NCBI GenBank assembly: GCA_907165135.1
Contig: OU015568.1
Location: forward strand, 7,874,001-7,938,000
Origin: Oikopleura dioica
Taxonomy: Eukaryota > Animalia > Chordata
DNA: 64,000 nucleotides
Direction of reading: 5' to 3'
Shown here: piece by piece, positions 1 through 10,028 of the stretch
How the letters are laid out: every line of letters starts with the position of its first letter
Position numbering within the stretch: the stretch's first letter is position 1
The notes under the pieces: generated by a model
Told to the model about the DNA's origin: nothing
The model's database searches: none
Seen by the model: the letters and a program-made list of their open reading frames with translations, nothing else
Made by a program: the position numbers and the translations under genes

Positions 1-1307
1 TCCTTGAAGATAGAGCGATCAGGAAAGTAGGAAATAGAGCCGTCTGACATTTCCTCTGGTTCGAAATATTTTAATGGATTTTTATATAAAATATCTAAAA
101 TAACTTCGATGGCTGAGGAAACATCAATGTTAGGATACATCGAGACAATGTCTGCACTCCAAATTATATGTTCATCAACTGAAATTTGATCAGCAATGTC
201 CATAAAAGAGGACTTGAATTGTTTAGTTGATGAATATGAAAACTGAAGTTCAGGAATAATTTTGGAAATGATGGAATAGATGTATTTTTCTGCACCACTG
301 CATAGTGAGCCAGGGCTTCCTATGATAGTCCGCACTGGATGAGGTGAGGGTTTGTGCATTTTAAGAATACCAAAACTATTTTTGATTTTATGATTACATT
401 GAAGACTGCGAAATGTAGAATGGGAGATTTCAGGGCGAAGTTTTTTAATAAGTAAGTTGTAATCTGAAATGTCTTTGGTTGTAGGATCAGATTCACAAAT
501 TACAAATTTATTACGCGGAAATTCAGCATTCATTTTGCTAACATAATCAGTGGTATTAAGAAAACATAAATGTTTGCTTTTGTCAATTTTGACCAAAGTA
601 ATATCACGATTTTTATCAAGATATTTCCGAAGAGTTTTAATGTCATCATTTTTGGTGAAACATTGTCTAAGTTGATGTAGATAATGATTGACTTCGGTTT
701 CGACGCGTTTCTGAGTCATAATGTCAATTTTGAAGATGGAAATATGTTTTGACCAACTACGCAAGAGACTCTCAAAAGCAGGGAACAATTTGGAGTCACG
801 AGGTGAACCTCCGACAGATCTGGAAATTCCATTTTCGAGAATTTTAAGAATTTTGGTTGGAATAATTTTGTCACTAAGATTGAAGATTTCGATCTTAGGA
901 GAAGAGGAATCAGAATTAGAAATAAGATTTTTCAATTTTATTTCACGAGTTTTGTCAGAAGAACTTTCAGAAATTTGAATATTTCGTAGAAGTGATTTGT
1001 AAAAATCATTTCTCTCAAGTGTGGAAAAAGAGGAAGTGAAATTATCGAATTTAGATTGAAAGTCTTGAAAAGCAGAAGAAATTTCGAGGGAGAGATCATT
1101 TATGACTGTGTTGAGCCTTTTCAGTTGAAAATTTAAAAGATCTCTTTCAGTAGTTGAGGTGGCTTTAAGATTTAGTGATGGTGGTATTACTTGGTGTTGA
1201 GCACACTTTGTGAGAAACTGTAGTCTCTTCGTTAATCTGTAATGCCTTCTCATTAACCGCATCAGGAGTTCTCTCGATTCTCTCTCGCGGGAAAGTCGGT
1301 TATTCAT
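1..1307 (-). mobile_element. Penelope-like retroelement ORF (N-terminal region and start of reverse transcriptase), running off the left edge
   Basis: Manual minus-strand translation from ATG 1307: MNNRLSRERESRELL...FGILKMHKPSPHPCRTIIGSPGS...CSADIVSMYPNIDV. These match PLE RT motifs (YGLPKIHK..PLRPIVS and S.DV.SLYTNI). The frame is consistent from 1307 to the edge. It is absent from the ORF track, presumably because no stop lies inside the window. Confidence 0.88.
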
Positions 1308-1353
1308 CGTATATTTTTGATATTGACTTCGTTAATAATGAATCATGAGGATC

Positions 1354-1398
1354 GTTTTTCGAACGTTTTCGTTTATTTAAAACATCATCAGGAAAAAC
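1354..1398 (-). ncRNA. Minimal type I hammerhead ribozyme, sense to the PLE ORF
   Basis: GUUUUUC-CUGAUGA-U-GUUU(UAAAU)AAAC-GAA-AACGUU-C-GAAAAAC: 7-bp stem I, core CUGAUGA/GAAA, 4-bp stem II, palindromic stem III AACGUU, UUC cleavage triplet. Confidence 0.8.
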
Positions 1399-1686
1399 TA
1401 GAAACTGTTACGACAGAAAAAGAGATAGAAAACTAACTTGGTGTGTGAGAAAGCTGGACAGATAGCTAACTGAATCGAAAATTTCAGAGCAGAAAACAAG
1501 TGAAAAAGGAAAACAAGCGAAAGATAGTCGAGCGCCAAGGTGGCCCTAAAACTTTCTAAAAATTTCGCTTGTTTTCCTTTTTCACTTGTTTTCTGCTCTG
1601 AAATTTTCGATTCAGTTAGCTATCTGTCCAGCTTTCTCACACACCAAGTTAGTTTTCTATCTCTTTTTCTGTCGTAACAGTTTCTA

Positions 1687-1731
1687 GTTTTTCCTGATGA
1701 TGTTTTAAATAAACGAAAACGTTCGAAAAAC
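1687..1731 (+). ncRNA. Second copy of the minimal hammerhead ribozyme, in the inverted arm
   Basis: Same sequence on the + strand: gtttttc ctgatga tgttttaaataaac gaaa acgttc gaaaaac. Confidence 0.8.
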
Positions 1732-2424
1732 GATCCTCATGATTCATTATTAACGAAGTCAATATCAAAAAAATATTCACAGTAGTTGTTCGCATTTGGC
1801 GCTAGACAAGTATGTAAACATTCTATTGTTCGTCCATTTTACAAAAAGATAAATTTCGGTGGAAAGCAAGAAATACAACTCGAGTTTTATACTCTTGGAC
1901 CGAACTAGTCCAGTAAAGATAAGAATCTCACATCTGGAGGTCGGCAGGCAATAGATGCATAAAATTCAATCCTCAAAAAGAACCCGCCACTGGCGAGAAA
2001 TCCTTTGCAAAACTGAAGAGCGAAACTGTTTACGCTAAAAATCCGATGCTGCCAAGACTATCTGAGTCTCTTCATTCCCTTCCTCAAAATACACATTTCA
2101 TCTTTGGAGCCAACAGCTGGCTTAGCTCAGAGCCTGCTGAAATTATTCAGCAAAAAGCCAAAGAAACGACGAATAAGAACATAACCATACACAAAATTGA
2201 AGGTATTGAAATAGCCTCTCATTATGGTTGATACCTTTTCAGGTGCTTCACACCATCTTACTGCAAGCCATCCAGACGAAACCAACGATCTTATCAATCG
2301 ATGCCTGTCACATGATATTCTGTAAAAATGAAACTCTTCGAAATAAAATTCCCGTTAAATTTCACTCAGGAACTCTTCCATGATTTCAGTACAACCGAAT
2401 CAAAATCTATCGCGGTGCAGCCGA

Positions 2425-2440
2425 CCAATGAGCGCGCGCG
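2425..2440 (+). promoter_or_regulatory. CCAAT box plus (CG)n element upstream of the THOC3 operon
   Basis: ccaatgagcgcgcgcg ~160 bp upstream of the first ATG. A similar CCAAT/CGCGCG pair lies at 63978-63996, upstream of the MOCS2B operon. Confidence 0.35.
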
Positions 2441-2600
2441 AAGGTTCGATCTGCAAAATTTTAGAGATGATCCAAAGAACACGAAGATGCCCTAGAATCT
2501 GATGAATGAATGTTGAAAATTAATGTTTGCATACTCAATTTGCTGTTTTTCAAGAAAAGTAATCAAAAAGAAAAGCAATTGTTTGTTTTAGAAAAATAAT

Positions 2601-4387
2601 ATGGTCTCGGATAAATATACGACGTATTTCAAAGATCACTGCCGCGTAAAAGATTTCCCCGGACATTCTAGTAAAGTTCACACAGGCAAAGAGGTTGAAA
2701 ATTTCATTGAAAGTGGATTTGCAATAAGGATACGTGGCTTTACGTGGCGCGTTCTCGAGATTACTTCTTTCTTTGCCATTTTTTCAACCTCGAAAAAGTC
2801 GCATGGTCATGCGATGGAAAGCGTCTAGCTTCTGGAAGTTTAGATAAGACAGCATGCGTGTTTACGCTCGAGAAAGACAGATTAGTGAAAGAAAACAGCT
2901 TCAAAGGACACGGGGATGCAGTCGATCAACTGGTCTGGCACCCGTCGAATCCGCAGCTTTTTGCCACGGCGAGTGGAGACAAAACGATGCGAGTTTGGGA
3001 TGTTCGAACTGCCAAAGCTGCTGCTACTATTCAAACCAAAGGTTTCATTTTTGCGAATTTTATTTAAGATGGAATTAAAAAACTTCACTTGAGGCAAATT
3101 TTCATAAAAAATTTTTTCGTGCTCAGAAGATAGAGCAGAAAATTCTGAGTCGAATAGGCTAGATTTGACCCGAAAATTTTGACTTTATGACGTCGAAAAT
3201 TGCGTAATAAAGTCCAGATTAGGGCATTTTTGGTAAACTTTTGGGGAACTTTTAAGGGGGTTTCTGTTGGATTTATTCGACGTTCTATAGCTCAAAAGAA
3301 TCGCCGTCGAAAACTGAGGGGGGGTTTTTAAGGGTTTTGAAAAAGCTCAAGAAAAAAATTTTGACCAAAATTCGACCGGTCGGTTTCAACGTGTTTCGCT
3401 TGGAATTTCTCAAAATCCAAGAAAACCCCCCCTCAATTTTCGACGGCGATTATTTTCAGCCCAAGAACGCCAAAAAACTCCATCGGAAACCCCTTCAAAA
3501 GCTCCCAAAAAGTTTTTTGGGAGAAATGAGTCATAATGACGTCATTTGCCGGAATTATAGAGCCGGAAGTAGACCATTCGACTCAGAATTTCCTGCTCTT
3601 TCATATAAGCCAATAAAATTTTTTTGAAAAAATTTGCCTCAAGTCGACTTTTTTAATTTCATCTAAATTAATGTCGTTTCCAGGAGAAAATCTGAACATC
3701 ACCTGGCATCCAAACGGAGAATGCATCGCTGTGGGAAACAAAGACGATTTGATCCAATTCATCGATACAAAAACCTACAAGCCAAAGGGCGAAAAGCAAT
3801 TCAAATTCGAAGTCAACGAGATTTCGTGGAACAACGCGGGTACAAACTTTTTCCTCACAACTGGCACCGGCGCGCTCCATGTACTCGACTATCCGAAATT
3901 AAACAAGGTCGATGAGCTGGTGGCGCACACGGCAAATTGTATTTCCATTCAATTCAGGTGAGCAAACAAAAAGGGAAAGTTGGTAAAAATTGTAATTTAG
4001 TGACTGTGGGAAGTATTTTGCTGTAGGAAGTGCAGACGCGATTGTAACAATCTGGGATGCAATCGAATACATGCCTTTGAGAACGATGTCAAGGCTGGAA
4101 TGGCCAGTCAGAACGCTGAGCTTTTCACACAACGGAAGATTGCTTGCTGCAGCATCGGAGGACCATATAATTGACATTTGCAATGTACGCCTTTCCTTCT
4201 TTGCCATTTCTAACTTCTTTCTCAGGTCCAAACAGGAGAGCAAGTAGCAGCAGTGCCCACTGACAATCCAACCTTTTCTGTCGCTTGGCATCCATCGAAG
4301 CTCCTTCTCGCCTACACCTGCGACGACAAGGACAAGTACCACAAAGATTTGGGCAACGTGAAGCTTTACGGACTCATCAAAGAATGA
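2601..4387 (+). CDS. THOC3: THO complex subunit 3 (WD40), multi-exon
   Basis: Spliced translation: GHSSKVHTVAWSCDGKRLASGSLDKTA...GHGDAVDQLVWHP...EWPVRTLSFSH...FSVAWHPSKLLLAYTCDDKD. Intron 1 is GC-AG (2686-2798). Confidence 0.95.
3063..3668. mobile_element. MITE-like element with long imperfect terminal inverted repeats in THOC3 intron 2
   Basis: Left agatggaattaaaaaacttcacttgaggcaaatttt matches the reverse complement of right aaaatttgcctcaagtcgacttttttaatttcatct. An inner inverted pair is also present (aattctgagtcgaat / attcgactcagaatt). No coding capacity. Confidence 0.7.
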
Positions 4388-4495
4388 AACACACTCTTCA
4401 CCACATGTTTTCAGGTCCCTGTTCCGTCATTCTAGATTCAATTGTTCAAAACTGCCTACTAAAAATGCTCTTTCTCATCATGTTCGTTCTGTAGA

Positions 4496-5286
4496 ATGGA
4501 TCCTGAGAACGGCCGTCGAACCGTAGCCGAAAAGGAGGCTCAAATCGGCACTGGCAACGTTGCCGGAATCACCTTCGGCGTCGATAAGTGGAAGTATCCT
4601 TACAATGCCACCGTCGAGCACACGATGGAGTTTAACCGACGAAAGAACGGCGGCTTTGGTGTCACTAATGTAAGCTGGAAGTGGGGACCAAAAACACTAG
4701 AATCTTTTTAGGACGTAGCTGAGTCTGTTTTCGGCCCAAACCCAACCAAATCTGCTTGGGATGAAGGACCAGTCCGCGGCGTCCTCTCCTGGTTCGGAAT
4801 GGACGAAATGCTCGGTCGAGGCGACTCTGGCGCTAGCTACGTTTCCTTCATGCCTTCTGCCGAGGAATTTAGAAAGAATTCTCCTCCCCTCGTAAGTTCC
4901 TCCTAACCTTCATCTCCTAATTCTTCTTCAGCCCCTCGTTTCCAAATACACGATCGGCTGGGGTGTCTTTGGCGCTGCACACGCTCTCTCCCTCCGTTAC
5001 CAGATGCGACTTCCCTTCTACGCCGCAATCCATAGAACTGCATTCACCATTGCCGCTTACGCCTGGCTCGGTTACCAGTACCAGAAGTTCGTCTACATGC
5101 GATCTCTTGGCGAGTTCAAATACGCTCTTGACTTTGCTGATCGACATTCCGTACGTGTCAACTTGACCGTCCAAATCTAAGCCCCTCATTTAGGACATTA
5201 TCTACAAACAGGAGTCATCGAAATTCGGCGATCCCGAAATCCTCGAACACTACGTCAAACTCTGCGGAAAGGGCCACCAAGGCTAA
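4496..5286 (+). CDS. NDUFC2: Complex I subunit B14.5b/NDUFC2-like, with N-terminal extension
   Basis: Spliced: ...RLPFYAAIHRTAFTIAAYAWLGYQYQK...FADRHSDIIYKQESSKFGDPEILEHY. Resembles NDUFC2 (RP..AGLHR, YM.LHPEDF...TYGE.LE). Confidence 0.65.
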
Positions 5287-5398
5287 AGCGAAAGTTCATG
5301 TTACGTTTATTTATGATTCTAAAAATTCAAATCTAACTTATTTTGCCTCGAATAAATTGAGGTTTACTACATGATTCCGTAATTCTTTCTCCTTCAGT

Positions 5399-7725
5399 AT
5401 GAAATTGGGCAGCTGGTTATGCCCAATAGTGGCGTCGAAATTGTCCCCTTTTCTGGATGATATCCATTATGAAATCAAATGGGCGGGGATGAGGTTAAAT
5501 TTGACGAGCTGGGACATAAATATGATCAGGAAGATTTCGTGATCATGAAAACTGCGAACCAAGAAGAGTACAAATGTTTCTTTCCAAGTATGACATCCTT
5601 GAGACATCTTTCTTTCTTATTTTATTCTTATACAGGCGATGAATCGGTTACAGTCGAGGATAAAAACAATGAAGAAACAGGCGATTCTGCCGAGACTCTT
5701 CTGGAGCCTCTTTTCAACAAAGCCTCTTCAACTAAAAAGGACTGCTCATTGAGAATCGAGACTTACTGGTCCTACGAGCTCTGCCACGGTCAGTTCATCA
5801 GACAGTACCACGAAGAAAAAGTAAAGGGCAGCGTGAAAACGACGGAGTACTATCTTGGTCGATTGGACAAGAGCCCACTCGATCCCAACAACGCTGTAAC
5901 GAAACGAGCAGAAGTGAGCAAAAAGAAACTCGACGGAATTCCAACTCCGTATCATTTAATAACTATGGGCGATGGAACAGAATGCGACATTCATACGGGG
6001 AAAAAGAGAAAGACTGAAGTAAAATATATCTGCAACGCTGAGGCTAGAAACCCCGAAATTCTTTCGTAAGTTTATTTTTCTAAAAAATGGGATTGAAATT
6101 GTTCCCTAGAATCACGGAAACAACAACCTGCGAGTACGAAATCATCGTCTTGACCAATCTCCTTTGTTCCTCTCCTCTTTATTCTCTTCACCTCGACACA
6201 GAAACATTCGGAATTCCCTGTAAAAAACTTGGGGACTCCCCTACAGGTATTCCTGCCATTTCCTTCGCCCAAAACTGAAAAAATAAAAACACATATACTA
6301 GTCCCTACCGGGTACGTGCAGCCAATCGAGCCCTTGTCCATTGATAGCATGCTTGAGCTGCTCAAAGATGGTATCAACTTGGACAAGCTAGGCGCCGCGT
6401 TTTTCAAGTTTGACGCTGAAACTGGCGCGGTCGAGCCTCTCTCCGAGGGAGACCTCGAACAGTTTGACTTAGGCGATCAAGTCGGGTTCACTTTTATCTG
6501 CTTTTGGTGGTAGTTGCTTTTAGTAGAGTAGAGTTTTCATTAACAAATCATCCGGTGTGATCATTGTGTTGGTGTTTGTAATTACATATAATGATTCAGT
6601 TCCGAGCGGGTATACAAAACCCATGTCCGACGCAGCTCCGGGTCGCAACTGAAACTAATCGATTCATAGTTGATTTGCTTTGATTTCACATTAATCGCTT
6701 TATTGAGTGCACTTGATTTTTCGTTACTTTATCACCAAAAAAGAAAGGCATTTTGTGACCCCATGAAACAGAAGGAATCGTTCAAACGATTATCAAACAT
6801 GCTCAAGAAATGGGAGTCAATGTTAACGACAGTGAGTAATAATCGAATCGACCTTTCGTAAAATTCTCTTACTAGTTCAAATCGATGGACTTGATGCTGC
6901 AGACAAAACGGCCAAAGAAATCAAGCAAAAACTTTCGGAGCATACAAAAAGCCAGCTGAAGGCAAACATGCCTTCACAAAAAGTCCAAGAGGCGAAAAAG
7001 GTACTTATCCTTTTTTCTTGAATCGAATTGATGACTGTTGAAAGGCTCAACTTTCGGCTGAAACAGAAAAGATCCTTAATGATTTCTTGGCGGGAGAATT
7101 TTGCTTGCGAGGAGGCCAGGGCTGGTGGAAATATGAGTTTTGCTACGGGAAGCATGTGAAGCAATACCACGAGTTCCAAAAAGGTGGGACTCAAACTGAC
7201 CACTCTCTTTTTCAAGTCGATTTTAGAACAAGGAAAGCCAAAGGAGCCGACAAAAGAAATCATCGTCGGAACGTGGGACGAAGCAACCCATCTTGACTGG
7301 GCGAAAAACAGGCAAAATGTGAAACGATCGAAAGTAAAAGTCAATACTGGCGAAAAAGCAAAAGCCGGCAAGACAGTTCATGACGAAGATGGCTTCCCGA
7401 TTACTGTGTGGGACTCTGAAGACAGTGTTGATGCGACGAAAGAGGTAGAAGGAGATGTACAGGAAGTCGAGCTGTGGTATGCCGATGGAGAAGTTTGCGA
7501 TATTACGAAGAAACCGAGAGAAGTTCTTGTCAGACTAAAGGTAGATCAATTGTAATGAAATCAATAGTGAACTCGAAATCTTTTTAGTGCAAACCAACTC
7601 AAGACGCCTTATCGCTGTATCTCCTCGAGCCAAAGACCTGTAGCTACATTCTTGTGCTAGAATCCAAATTGCTTTGTTCAATCCTCGCAAATGCCGACGA
7701 AAATGGCCTCCTCAGCTTGAAATAA
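5399..7725 (+). CDS. ERLEC1: ER lectin 1 (XTP3-B), two MRH/PRKCSH domains; apparent 1-bp frameshift at G-run 5485-5488
   Basis: DDIHYEIKW, then in a shifted frame DFVIMKTANQEEYKCFFP; RIETYWSYELCHGQFIRQYHEEK; GQGWWKYEFCYGKHVKQYHE; LWYADGEVCDITKKPREVLVRLKC...EPKTCSYILVLES. Confidence 0.93.
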
Positions 7726-7908
7726 TTAGTTCCTTATTTATAGCTTTAGAAATTGACCTATCCCTTCTTCCTTCTTTCAAACAAAAAATGTGCAATCTGT
7801 GAAAACTGAAACAGCAACTTTTCAAATGTTGAATAAAAAATTCCTTCAATTCAAGAATTCTGTATTAAAATAAACAAAATCATATTGATTATTCTTGCTT
7901 CTTTCCAG

Positions 7909-8807
7909 ATGATAACAGATGATGAGCTCTCTACGGGATGGGAAGGGCCGATTTGGATTTCCAAAGAGGACAGAAGCCGGCTTCCAAGATTTGAATACAT
8001 CGGGAACAACCAGTCAGGAGTAACTGAATTATACGACACGCTTTTGAACACGCGCCCTGGATGTTTTTGTACAGATGATGCTGACTGTTCAGAAAAATGC
8101 GACTGCGGAAGTTCGTATGTTTTAAATGAAGATGGGGTCGTTGTTCTGCGCCCTGGAATTCCTGGTGTTACAGGGTAGGGCTGTCTTTGATAAGTTCTTA
8201 GATTGATAGTTCAATAAAAACGAGGGTTAGCCTTTTCTGAGTGCAATATCAACTGTCCATGTCAACCGGACTGTCAAAATCGCCTAGTTCAAAAAGGCTG
8301 CGATCGCCCCCTCCGCGTCAAATATTTTGGCAGCGATAAAGGCCACGGACTCGTCGCTGAAAATGAAATCCACTCGGGCGAGTTCATTGTTGAATACATG
8401 GGCGAGTATCTCAATCTGGAGACGGTCAAGGAGAGACAAGTTTATCAAAGAGAAAATGAAAAGATGAATTATATTTTGTCGCTCAAGGAAGTCTTTGGAA
8501 ACGGAGAGGAAGAGACTGCTCACATCGGTACTGATATTTCAACAATATCAAAAATAAATCTTTTCCAGACGCTGGTCGAATGGGAAACGCAGCTCGTTTC
8601 GCCAATCACTCGTGTTCTCCTAATGCCAAACTCTACCCCGTTCGCGTTGAAAACGACATTGCCCGAATCGCCCTCTTCGCTCTCCGCTTCATCGAGCCCG
8701 GAGAGGAGATAACCTACGACTACGGAAGTGCAGAATCGACACTCAGTGATAGAAAATGTCACTGTGGCTCCCGTAACTGCAGATTATTCATGCCCTCTGA
8801 TGATTGA
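7909..8807 (+). CDS. SETMAR: SETMAR-type histone lysine methyltransferase (pre-SET, SET, post-SET; no transposase), copy 1, intact
   Basis: GCFC...DC...CDC pre-SET; ECNINCPC..DCQNRLVQKG; GEFIVEYMGE; GNAARFANHSCSPN; EEITYDYG; CHCGSRNCR. Confidence 0.85.
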
Positions 8808-8921
8808 AAAACGCTGTTATTTTTTTATTTCACACAAAGATAGTATTATATTTTCTTGAATTTCATAGGACCGTTGTTTCTTTAGAATTATGATCTGAAG
8901 TCGCGGAGGGTATTTGCGGCG
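7963..8921 (+). repeat. ~950-bp direct repeat, copy 1 (copy 2 at 14934-15880), covering most of the SET gene and its 3' flank
   Basis: Near-identical from aaagaggacagaagccgg to gagggtatttgcggcg in both copies, with scattered substitutions. Confidence 0.95.
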
Positions 8922-9245
8922 AAATACCCCCTTCTTCGGCGGCGAAAGGGGCTGGAAGTTACGTAACTTGCATCATAACACCTGTTCTCGAGACGAAAAA
9001 TAGCAAAATTTCGACATTTTTTACGTTTTTAGATTACTATAAAATATTTTTTCTAAATATTCGAAGCAAGTTAGACGTGTTTTTTGACGTAGATCCTTAT
9101 TCCTTTCAAATTTTCGATTTCGGGCGAAAATTGAGAGAGAAATGGACAGAAAACCTTGAACGGTTGCACTCAGTGCACCCCCATCACGCATAGGGTTAAC
9201 GATATTTTTTTTTATCTGATCGAGACTCTCGATTCGAAAGAGACT

Positions 9246-9836
9246 GACGCGCTTTTTTTAAGGTTGTGCAAGTTATTTCTCCCACTTTTTCATTGAAATA
9301 CCCGGAGCTTCATATATATTTGGAATCAGTGAGAAAAATCTAGAATCGTGACCTTTTTAGTTTTTCGAAAATCACTTCCGGTTTCAATTCTAGAGCCGGA
9401 AGTTAGCGAAATTTATGAGAATGGCATTCATGTGACCTATCTAACTGGAGCATAGAACATTTTCAGTCACTTGGAAGCGAAATTCAATCAAACCGCGGTC
9501 AGAACGACCAGTTAAACGAGAAAAAAAAATCGATATTTTGCATATTTTTACGAATTTCAAACTGAAAAAAGGGCGCACTAAACCAAAGGGAACCGAATCT
9601 GAACGCGATAAAATGATTTAAAACGTTCTAAGCTTCAATTTGATAGGTCACAAGCATAAAATTCCCATTAATTTCGCCAACTTCCGGCTCTAGAATCGAA
9701 ACCGGAAATGATTTTCGAAAAACTAAAAAGGTCACGGTTTTAGATATTTCTCACTGATTCCAAATATATATGGTGTTAAGGGTATTTCAAAGAAAAAGTG
9801 GGAGAAATAACTTGCACAACCTTAAAAAAGCGCGTC
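9246..9836. mobile_element. 591-bp MITE with ~195-bp TIRs (GACGCGC...GCGCGTC) and 3-bp TSD ACT
   Basis: ACT at 9243-9245 and 9837-9839. Long inverted arms. The paralogous site at 57601-57610 is empty (gagACTgcgacc on the minus strand). Confidence 0.9.
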
Positions 9837-10028
9837 ACTGCGACCAAGGCTAGTCGGAGCATCATTTGAAAATATTCAATTTTCGAGAATTGTTTTCCTT
9901 TTTTCTAGATTCGAGTTTACTCATTTTTGCTGGTCGGCCAACGGCATTTCAGGGCAGACCTCTTTACGAAAAGAGTTGAGAAACGATTCGATATTTTTTT
10001 GTTCAGACGGTGCGTTATCGGATTGAAA

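Larger units (their letters stand above)
1314..1771. repeat. 209-bp inverted repeat (arms 1314-1522 and 1563-1771, 40-bp spacer); inverted pseudo-LTR of the Penelope-like element
   Basis: The arms are reverse complements with no mismatch seen by eye. The left arm ends 6 nt before the PLE ATG. Confidence 0.93.

Noticed and set aside
1790-2395. Possible small minus-strand gene divergent from THOC3 (splice-like sites, short open frames)
   Set aside because: Could not assemble a consistent frame or recognise a family.
6540-6660. Possible C/D snoRNA in an ERLEC1 intron (CTGA near 6650)
   Set aside because: No proper RUGAUGA box C and no terminal stem.
7909-8807. SETMAR lacking the mariner transposase as a novelty
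   Set aside because: The fusion is anthropoid-primate-specific; a SET-only gene is the expected state.
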